From Candidatus Omnitrophota bacterium (GTDB lineage Bacteria > Omnitrophota > Gorgyraeia > DAOVKU01), in contig DAOVKU010000003.1 in NCBI GenBank assembly GCA_030631665.1, positions 1-36,402 of the forward strand: a stretch of DNA of 36,402 nucleotides, in the 5' to 3' direction. The notes beneath the pieces are model-generated. The model did no database searches and had not been told where the DNA came from. It was given only the letters and a program-made list of their open reading frames with translations. A program made the position numbers and the translations under genes. Shown here piece by piece: positions 10,250-17,592 of the stretch. Every line of letters begins with the position of its first letter. Position 1 is the stretch's first letter.

Positions 10250-11340
10250 TTATAACGTTCCTTTTTATTTAATAATGCCTTATATAAGCTTTCCATTTTC
10301 CCTGCATTCTTATTCCAATCATAACTTTGAATTACAAATTCCCTGCCTTTCTTTCCCATTTCCAATCGCCTCTCTTCATTTTGCAATAAAACCATCAACG
10401 CATCAGCTATTGCTTGCGGGTTTTTGGGTTCGATCAATATCCCTGTTTCTCCATCCCAAACCGCTTCTGATACTCCTCCGACTCTAGATGCCACCACAGG
10501 GATTTCCATGGCTTGAGCCTCAATAGCTGCAACGCCAAAAGATTCTGATTCTGATATAGATGGCATTACAAAAATATCTATTTGAGAAAGATAAGTAGGC
10601 ACTTGGGAATATGGAACTTCTTCTTGAAATGTTACAATATTCTCAATTTTTAATTTTTTAACCAGTTCAATTAAATAATCTCTTTGATAACCACTTCCCA
10701 CAATTAACACTTTTATATTTTTGTATTGATTATATACTTGGGGAATAGCCTTAATTAAATACTCGACCCCATATTTTGGCAGTAGATGTTTTATCATGCC
10801 AATTGTAATTCTTTTAGATTTAATTTTAGATTGAGGGCTAAATTGATTTATATCTACCCCAAATGGAACAATTTCAATTTTTCTCCAATCTAAGTTAGCA
10901 TATTTCGCAGTAGCTTTAGCTAAAAATTTAGTTGTGGAAGTAACTATAGTCGCTTTTTTTAATATAAATTTTTTACTAAACTGCTGCCTAAATGACTCAA
11001 CACTCTCATTTAAAAAACCAAGAATGTCACTTCCCCAAGTCGATACTATAAAAGGTTTAAAATCGCATAAAATTGGAGCTAACCCAAATGGTTCTAAGTA
11101 ATGCATGTGAATTATATCGGGCCTTATTCTTCTAATAAAACCCTTGAACCATATAATATTCTTTATAGTATTAAAATAAGGAATTTTTAACTTTAATATA
11201 TTGAGTTGATGAATAGTTGCGCCATTGATTTTCGCTTGTCCATTTGAAATTATATGTATTTCGTGTCCTTTTTTTGCAAAATACTCTATCCATCTTTGCG
11301 TATGAATATATCTTGCATCCGAAAGAAAACAAATTCTCAT
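10246..11340 (-). CDS. Glycosyltransferase family 4
   Basis: HTQRW, WGSDI, PFGVD, ESFGVAAIEAQAMEIPVVASRVGG. Confidence 0.92.
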   Translation of the reverse strand: MRICFLSDARYIHTQRWIEYFAKKGHEIHIISNGQAKINGATIHQLNILKLKIPYFNTIKNIIWFKGFIRRIRPDIIHMHYLEPFGLAPILCDFKPFIVSTWGSDILGFLNESVESFRQQFSKKFILKKATIVTSTTKFLAKATAKYANLDWRKIEIVPFGVDINQFSPQSKIKSKRITIGMIKHLLPKYGVEYLIKAIPQVYNQYKNIKVLIVGSGYQRDYLIELVKKLKIENIVTFQEEVPYSQVPTYLSQIDIFVMPSISESESFGVAAIEAQAMEIPVVASRVGGVSEAVWDGETGILIEPKNPQAIADALMVLLQNEERRLEMGKKGREFVIQSYDWNKNAGKMESLYKALLNKKERYK

Positions 11341-11353
11341 ACTTTTCGCCTTT

Positions 11354-12451
11354 CTAACGCAAATCTTTACTTAATAAAATATTTGCGATTCTTTCTGCTG
11401 CCTTGCCATCCCAAAATTTAGGAATTTTGCCTTTTTTTTCTTTGCCCTTGATTATTTTTAAGCTCTCTTTAATAATTTTTTCTTTATTACTTCCGACTAT
11501 TATATTAGTGCCTTCTGTTACTGTTATGGGCCTTTCGGTTGTTTCGCGAAGAGTAATGCAGGGAATTTTTAGTATTGTTGTCTCTTCTTGAATTCCTCCG
11601 GAATCTGTTAAAACAAATTTTGATTCAGACATCAATTTTAAAAAATCTAGATATCCTAATGCGTCTACTATTTTAAAATTCTTCATTTTTCTAATTTTAT
11701 TATTCAAGCCAAATTCTTCTATTCTTTTCTTAGTCCGCGGGTGAATCGGAAAAACAATTTTTATTTTTTTCTGTATTTCCCCAAAAGCATCTAAAATTCT
11801 AACAAAAACTTTTTTATCATCTACATTGCTCGGCCTATGCAGTGTTAAAGCAGCGTAATCTTTAGGTTGTAAGTTTAGTTTTTTAAGTATGCCAGAATGA
11901 GAAGCTTTCTTAATATGTTTTAGAAGGGTGTCTATCATAACATTGCCGACAAAATGGATTTTATCCTTTGAGATGCCTTCTTTTAGTAAATTCTTATTAG
12001 CATCATGGCAAGTGGTAAATAAATAATCTGAAATGGAATCAGTCAAAATTCTATTTATTTCTTCAGGCATGGTGCGGTCAAAACTTCTCAAACCCGCTTC
12101 AATATGAGCAACAGGTATAAAAAATTTAACTGCTGTCAAAGTACAGGCAATTGTAGAATTAACATCACCTACTACAACGACCAAATCCGGCTTTTCTTTA
12201 AGTAATACTTTTTCAAACTTAACCATAATTTTAGCCGTCTGAACAGCATGAGAAGCTGACCCTACGCCTAAATAAATATCAGGAGGTGGCAATTTTAAAT
12301 CGTCAAAAAATAATTTGGACATTTCTTTATCATAATGCTGCCCTGTATGAACAAGAATAGGGGTAAGCTTAGAACGTTTCTTCATCTCATCAATGATAGG
12401 CGCTATTTTCATAAAATTTGGTCTTGCACCTACAACATTTAATATTTTCAT
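11354..12451 (-). CDS. wecB: UDP-N-acetylglucosamine 2-epimerase (non-hydrolysing)
   Basis: VVGARPNFMK, HTGQHYD, HIEAGLRS, MPEEINR, TDSGGIQEE, TERP. Start set at ATG 12451 (MKILNVV). Confidence 0.96.
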   Translation of the reverse strand: MKILNVVGARPNFMKIAPIIDEMKKRSKLTPILVHTGQHYDKEMSKLFFDDLKLPPPDIYLGVGSASHAVQTAKIMVKFEKVLLKEKPDLVVVVGDVNSTIACTLTAVKFFIPVAHIEAGLRSFDRTMPEEINRILTDSISDYLFTTCHDANKNLLKEGISKDKIHFVGNVMIDTLLKHIKKASHSGILKKLNLQPKDYAALTLHRPSNVDDKKVFVRILDAFGEIQKKIKIVFPIHPRTKKRIEEFGLNNKIRKMKNFKIVDALGYLDFLKLMSESKFVLTDSGGIQEETTILKIPCITLRETTERPITVTEGTNIIVGSNKEKIIKESLKIIKGKEKKGKIPKFWDGKAAERIANILLSKDLR

Positions 12452-12519
12452 ATTCTTTTTCTCCAAAATTAAAAAATCAAAACCCACTTAGAAAATTTTA
12501 AAGTTGTAACATTAGACTG

Positions 12520-13077
12520 TTATTTTTTAATAGCTCCTAAATAAAGCTTCATAATCTGTGGGCGATTTAAAGCTCTCGATAATTCACGGATTTTCGGCGT
12601 TAGGTATCTGCGATTAATTAATTTCTTTTGCATAGACAATATCTTCTTTACATCTTCTATATCTTTTGGCCTTTCAGATATTATTTTATGAACTATTAAG
12701 TCTTCTAGTGAACAAATATTTACTTTTGTCTTTGCCACTTTTCGAATAACAGCGCGCCTAATAGCTCTTTCTTCGTAAGGCAAGGTAGCAAAAATAATAT
12801 CTATGGTTAAATTTTCTGCTTCGACAGGCAAAACTCTCGTTTTACTAATAAATTTTTCCGGTTCAGAAACTAAAACGTGAAATTTGCCTTTTATTTTATT
12901 AACAAATTCTGGCACATTCTCATCTTTGATTTTCACCGTAACATCGATATCTAAGGTAGTTCTCGGCTCTCCCCAAAAAAGATTTGCTATCCCTCCTATA
13001 ATCATATAAGGAATTTTTTGTTTTTTTAAAAATTCGGCTATATCAATTATAGTTTTCTCTAATTGGGTAATAGACAT
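12520..13077 (-). CDS. Nucleotidyltransferase (Pol-beta fold; DUF6036/AbiEii-like)
   Basis: YMIIGGIA...PRTTLDIDV and EDLIVHK...RPKDIED. Likely start ATG 13077 (TAATG overlap, GGAG upstream); the ORF track starts it at 13092. Confidence 0.8.
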   Translation of the reverse strand: MSITQLEKTIIDIAEFLKKQKIPYMIIGGIANLFWGEPRTTLDIDVTVKIKDENVPEFVNKIKGKFHVLVSEPEKFISKTRVLPVEAENLTIDIIFATLPYEERAIRRAVIRKVAKTKVNICSLEDLIVHKIISERPKDIEDVKKILSMQKKLINRRYLTPKIRELSRALNRPQIMKLYLGAIKK

Positions 13078-13310
13078 TATTTTTTTCTCCATAAAGAAAA
13101 ATTCTTATGCAGCTGCGTAACTCCCTTTCCATAATCTTTTTGAGACAATAATCTTCCTTTTGTCTTAGAATATTTTTTTAGGTAGAAATCAACTACCTCG
13201 CCAATAAGCCGAATATTTGATTTATTTTTGCGAATAGGCTTTTGGCTATTTTCCCAAATAGCAAACTCTTTCCAGAATTGTCTGCGCTTATCCCATTCTT
13301 TTTCAGTCAT
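13077..13310 (-). CDS. Small basic hypothetical protein, translationally coupled to the nucleotidyltransferase
   Basis: 77 aa, AAGGAG RBS, stop overlaps the next start. Confidence 0.7.
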   Translation of the reverse strand: MTEKEWDKRRQFWKEFAIWENSQKPIRKNKSNIRLIGEVVDFYLKKYSKTKGRLLSQKDYGKGVTQLHKNFSLWRKK

Positions 13311-13334
13311 TGGTTATCTTTCTCCTTTTGAATT

Positions 13335-13364
13335 AAAAAACCAAAACCCGCGGGAGGATTTTGG
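13335..13364 (-). terminator. Intrinsic terminator after the secretin-PCP-kinase genes
   Basis: Minus strand CCAAAATCC-tcccgc-GGGTTTTGG followed by TTTTTT. Confidence 0.6.
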
Positions 13365-13397
13365 CATATACTAGTACACTGATACTCCTATGCACAA

Positions 13398-14213
13398 TTA
13401 TAAGTGCTTATGGATATATTCGGGTATATGGTATTGAATATTAGTTAAAGTGATACCTAATAGCTTAGCACCAACTGCTTTTAAAAGGGATTCTGTTCTG
13501 CTAATTACTTCCCTGCGGGTTCGCTCTGCTTTGACTACCAGCAACACTCCATCGCATACCTTGCTTATTATCCTGGGGTCCGCGTAGGGGATAACTGCCG
13601 GGGTATCTAAAATTATATAATCAAAACGCTTTTTTAAATTATCGAGGGTTTCTTTGAGTTTTGGAGAACTTAATAATTCAGTAGGGCTTGCTTCTACTTC
13701 ACCGGCGCAGATACAAAATAGATTATGTATGCCTGTTTCAATAATTACTTCATCTGTTGTGGCAGTTCCGGCTAATACATCACTAAGGCCCTTTTGCGTG
13801 CTTAGGCCTAAATATGAATCGAGGGCCGGCCTTCTGAGATTACAATCTATAATTAAAACTTTTCTACCTAAATTCTGAGATAAAACTATAGCCAAGTTAA
13901 GAGCGGTTATGGTCTTGCCTTCATGTAAAGAAGAACTGGTGATAACCAGAGTCTTTAAGGCGGCTGCCTCCGGCAAAGATAAGAGCTGTGTCATCAGATT
14001 GCGATACTGGTCTGCTACACGAGAGCGGGGGTCTGCGTAGGCCACAAGCCGGGCGTCAATTCCTTCCCTGGCCGCTTCAGGCCTTTTGGGCACAGTAGGC
14101 GCGACGTATTCGGTAACAGGAGGAAGAGATGGCGGTGCAGCTTTTTTGGAATTCTTATCGCGCTCCTCATGCGCTTTTCTTAGGGCTTCTGAGAGTTTGT
14201 TTTTTTCGTCCAT
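13398..14213 (-). CDS. CpsD/CapB-type bacterial tyrosine kinase (split Wzc cytoplasmic part)
   Basis: Walker A SSLHEGKT, A' LIIDCNLRRP, Walker B IILDTP; N-terminal KLSEALRKA as in PEP-CTERM-locus kinases. Confidence 0.9.
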   Translation of the reverse strand: MDEKNKLSEALRKAHEERDKNSKKAAPPSLPPVTEYVAPTVPKRPEAAREGIDARLVAYADPRSRVADQYRNLMTQLLSLPEAAALKTLVITSSSLHEGKTITALNLAIVLSQNLGRKVLIIDCNLRRPALDSYLGLSTQKGLSDVLAGTATTDEVIIETGIHNLFCICAGEVEASPTELLSSPKLKETLDNLKKRFDYIILDTPAVIPYADPRIISKVCDGVLLVVKAERTRREVISRTESLLKAVGAKLLGITLTNIQYHIPEYIHKHL

Positions 14214-15818
14214 TTATTGTTTTTCCATCGTTTGCTGGCGAATAAGTTTTTCTTTAATTTTTTGTTCCTGGGTGTTGGAATAAATAGCGGCAAATATTAT
14301 TAAAATTATCAAAAATATTATAAAAATCCATGTCAATCTGGCGTTGCGCACCTTTTGTCGGCGAATTTCCTGGGCGCTGACTATCCTGGAAATAGAACCG
14401 AGAACAGGTAAGTCAATGTATTGCTTAACATCTTCCACTCCTCTAAAAGAATGGTCTGCAAACTCAGCTAAGAAAACACAACCAAAGCCCGACAAAATGC
14501 CTATAACAAAAGCTACAATGGAGGTAAGCAGTCTCTTTGGCTTTGATGGTTTTAGGGGCAGGCGGCCTTCTTCTAAAATTTCATAACGGGTGCCTTTATC
14601 TTTTAACTCTACGGCTGTCAGCCGTGATTCCTCAACTTTCATTTTAAGCATTTCATAAATATTCTGGTTTACACGCACATCTCGGGTTAATTCAGCATAC
14701 ACGCGTTCCTGCTCAGGCAAACTTCCTATTTTAGCTTCATACTCATCCACCAGTCCTTGAAGGCGCTTTCTTCTAGCTTCTAATTCATCAACTTTCTGCC
14801 TGGCATCTTTCTGCCTTTGCTCCAGTCTTTGATAAAACAAAGGAGCGGTTAAGGCTGTGTCGGCATCTATAACTTTTTTGCTCTCGAGGCGAAGCTTTTC
14901 TCTTACCTCCTCAATTTTGGCTATAATAAGAGAAATTTCCGGGTCTTCCGGGTCTTCAACCATTTTGGTATCAAGTTCCGCCTGAAGATTTGAAAGCTCA
15001 ACGGTTAATCTGTTTACATCCGGATTAAGGACTATTAAATCATGTGAAATTATAACCGGTTCATGTCCGGATAATTGCCTGTTTATCCTGCTAAGTTCTT
15101 CTCTGGCCTCTTTAAGAGCCAGCTCTATGGAAGTATGAGAAGTCTGATAGCTGATTAAAAACTGCGTATTCATATCAAGGGCCATGCCGGGTAATTGAAG
15201 GGCTTGTTTTTCTCTAAATTCATAAAGCGTTCTTTCTGCTTTTTCAAGCTGTTTTTTATAAACCTTGGCCTGTTCCTCCGCAAACTTCACGCCTATTAAG
15301 GCCGAGTCGGTCTTTTTCTGTAAGTTTTCTTTAATAAAAAGGTTGATTAAAGTATTAACTATCTTCTGTGCCATTACAGGATCTTTGTCTTCATAGGAAA
15401 TTTGAAAAACATCAGACGCCCTCATAACAACTCCGGTTCTTTTTCTAATGCCCATGATAAGTTTTTCATAAGCTGCCTGGTCGGTAATACCCTTGCTAAT
15501 CCCAAGGGTGTTGACCAAATTGATTAATTGAGGGTAAGATAAGATTTGTTCGGTGAGTGTCCTTAATTTTTCGACCAGAGTGTCTTCTTTAGGCTGTAAT
15601 ATTAATCTTTCCTGATAGGGAATAAGCGGGTTAATAATTTTTTCTTCTTCAACTAAAATTAAAATTGATGATTCATAGTATCTGGTAAGAAAAGAACTGC
15701 CTATGGTAGCAGTGGTAAAAACAACTAAAAAGGGAATAAGAAAAAACCATTTGCGATGAAAGATTATGCGCAAATAGTCTTTTAAGGATGCTTGTATCTG
15801 GTCGGTGGAAATGGCCAT
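14214..15818 (-). CDS. Polysaccharide co-polymerase / chain-length determinant (Wzc periplasmic part, PEP-CTERM-locus type)
   Basis: LKDYLRIIFHRKW plus TM, long coiled coil, RLPLKPSKPKR plus TM, DLPVLGSI, extra C-terminal TM. Confidence 0.88.
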   Translation of the reverse strand: MAISTDQIQASLKDYLRIIFHRKWFFLIPFLVVFTTATIGSSFLTRYYESSILILVEEEKIINPLIPYQERLILQPKEDTLVEKLRTLTEQILSYPQLINLVNTLGISKGITDQAAYEKLIMGIRKRTGVVMRASDVFQISYEDKDPVMAQKIVNTLINLFIKENLQKKTDSALIGVKFAEEQAKVYKKQLEKAERTLYEFREKQALQLPGMALDMNTQFLISYQTSHTSIELALKEAREELSRINRQLSGHEPVIISHDLIVLNPDVNRLTVELSNLQAELDTKMVEDPEDPEISLIIAKIEEVREKLRLESKKVIDADTALTAPLFYQRLEQRQKDARQKVDELEARRKRLQGLVDEYEAKIGSLPEQERVYAELTRDVRVNQNIYEMLKMKVEESRLTAVELKDKGTRYEILEEGRLPLKPSKPKRLLTSIVAFVIGILSGFGCVFLAEFADHSFRGVEDVKQYIDLPVLGSISRIVSAQEIRRQKVRNARLTWIFIIFLIILIIFAAIYSNTQEQKIKEKLIRQQTMEKQ

Positions 15819-15825
15819 AGTTTAA

Positions 15826-17373
15826 TCAAAAACTCTCCTGCTCAAAATCAGGCATCAACGGCTCTCGCAAAAGGCCGGTTGCCATTCGCTTCTCCGTGCC
15901 TGTCCTATCCGTAAAGGTGTGCCATTCCCCTTGAGAAACAATCTGGCGGTTTCTATCGGTTAAAATATGGGGGGTAATAAAAACAATTAATTCCTGCTTA
16001 ATAGTTTCCTCTTCCTTGCTTCTGAACAATAAACCTAAAAGCGGTATATCTCCCAGGAAAGGAATTTTTCTCAAAACCGTCTCTTGTTTATTTTTAATCA
16101 AACCACCCAGGACAATGGTCTCGCCGTCTCTAACCATCATAGTGGTGTCGGCTTGAGTGGTATCAATCGCAACCGCATTATCAACGTCGGGCAGGCGCCT
16201 GGCCTTGCTTACTTCCGGATGAATGACCATGGTTATATAACCATTTTCACCGATTTGCGGAGTAACTATTAGCTTAATGCCTACATCTATATATTCGGTT
16301 GATTCAGTGACGAAACCGGTTACCGGATCTTCGCTGGTTATAATATAGGGCTCACTGGAACCAACTAAGATATTGGCTTCTTCATTATCCAAAACACAAA
16401 TGCGGGGGGCAGATAAAACCTCTGCGTCGCCGCTTGTCTCAAGGGCTTCAAGTATTATGTTATACTCATCGGAAGTTAAAGTGCCGATATTGAGTATAGT
16501 GCCCTTAGCTAAATCTACACTCAAATCTTCCTTTAAATCCATGCCTACGCGTTGAGGACTTCTGGTTGTGTTGTCATATTCCCATCTTATGCCCAGCTGG
16601 AGAGTTTTATCTAAGTTCACTTCCATCAATCTGGCTTCTATTAAAACCTGCTTATGCTGAACATCCCAGCCGCTTATTAATTCATCTGCATCTTTAAGAA
16701 CTACAGGTGTGGCCTTAACTACTACGCTGTTTGTTCTCTCATCAACAAAAACCTGTCCTTTTTCCGGGGGAATAAGCCGTGTCAATCTTTCCATCAAGTC
16801 AGAGGCCCGGGCAAATTCAAGCTTATACTTTTTAAGTACTGTTTTTTGATCCAGTAACTTAAGGGCTCTTTCCATTTCCTTTATCTTTGTCGGTGTATCG
16901 GTGATAATGACCTGATTGCTTTTGGGGCTCAGTTCAATTTTGCCTCTGGAGGTTTTCATTGAAAGCAATGCCCGGCGTAAATCCATCACATCTGTATGGT
17001 CGAGTGTAAAAACTTTTGTTATCAAATTGGCAAATCGCTCTTCCTGCTGGGCGTCAGCGTATGTATAAATAGTTATGATGTCGCCGTCTTTGGAATACAT
17101 GTAATTGTTGATTTTAAGAATTGAGTCCAGGGCTCTTTCTAAGGAAACATTATCAAGTTTTACGGAGACAGTACCGCTGACATTCTGGGAAGTAACGATA
17201 TTAAGGCCGCTCTGGGAAGCAATCATCTTAAGAACCTGGTCTATGGGGGCATTTTCTACATCAATGGAGACAAGGGACTCCTGTGAAAAAGATAGCTTAT
17301 TGGACTCAAACGCCAGCAAAGCCGCTATTATTAAAAAAGACAAAAATAACTTTTTAGGGAAACTTTTACGCAA
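15826..17373 (-). CDS. Outer-membrane secretin (GspD/PilQ family)
   Basis: Signal peptide; N0-like VSIDVENAPIDQVLKMIA; two N3-like repeats (e.g. DERTNSVVV); secretin core QVLIEARLMEV...LSAPRI...GIKLIVTPQI...DGETIVLGGLI...KIPFLGDIPLLGLLFRS...ELIVFITPHI. TTG start with AAGGAG. Confidence 0.95.
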   Translation of the reverse strand: MRKSFPKKLFLSFLIIAALLAFESNKLSFSQESLVSIDVENAPIDQVLKMIASQSGLNIVTSQNVSGTVSVKLDNVSLERALDSILKINNYMYSKDGDIITIYTYADAQQEERFANLITKVFTLDHTDVMDLRRALLSMKTSRGKIELSPKSNQVIITDTPTKIKEMERALKLLDQKTVLKKYKLEFARASDLMERLTRLIPPEKGQVFVDERTNSVVVKATPVVLKDADELISGWDVQHKQVLIEARLMEVNLDKTLQLGIRWEYDNTTRSPQRVGMDLKEDLSVDLAKGTILNIGTLTSDEYNIILEALETSGDAEVLSAPRICVLDNEEANILVGSSEPYIITSEDPVTGFVTESTEYIDVGIKLIVTPQIGENGYITMVIHPEVSKARRLPDVDNAVAIDTTQADTTMMVRDGETIVLGGLIKNKQETVLRKIPFLGDIPLLGLLFRSKEEETIKQELIVFITPHILTDRNRQIVSQGEWHTFTDRTGTEKRMATGLLREPLMPDFEQESF

Positions 17374-17388
17374 ACTTTTCTCCTTTTA

Positions 17389-17436
17389 ATGAGTACATCA
17401 CTTAGCGAATGCAATGAAGCTAAGTTATGTCTTCAT
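17389..17436. repeat. Imperfect inverted repeat in the secretin 5' leader
   Basis: atga-gt-acat-c-acttagc / gctaagt-t-atgt-ct-tcat around a 12-nt loop. Confidence 0.6.
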
Positions 17437-17465
17437 TTGATGTTCTAAAAATTTCTATTACTAAA

Positions 17466-17494
17466 TTTATACCATATAAACAAAGGTTTGTCAA
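17466..17494 (-). promoter_or_regulatory. Sigma70-like promoter for the secretin/EPS operon
   Basis: TTGACA-17 bp (ending TGG)-TATAAA on the minus strand. Confidence 0.7.
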
Positions 17495-17529
17495 CTTCAA
17501 TAGAGCGACGGAAACAGTTCACAGCCACA

Positions 17530-17551
17530 TTCTGCCTGCCAGCAGGCAGAA
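17530..17551. repeat. Short perfect palindrome (REP-like) downstream of the DGC gene
   Basis: ttctgcctgc-ca-gcaggcagaa. Confidence 0.65.
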
Positions 17552-17592
17552 GTCGGCAGTCCACAGAAAAATAAAAAACTGCTGTGGGGTTA

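Noticed and set aside
13365-13385. CAGTGTACTAGTA resembling the 5' half of a JUMPstart element
   Set aside because: No GGCGGTAG ops core follows.
15826-17373. Calling a T2SS, type IV pilus or filamentous prophage from the secretin
   Set aside because: No ATPase, platform, pilin, Zot or phage genes are in the window.
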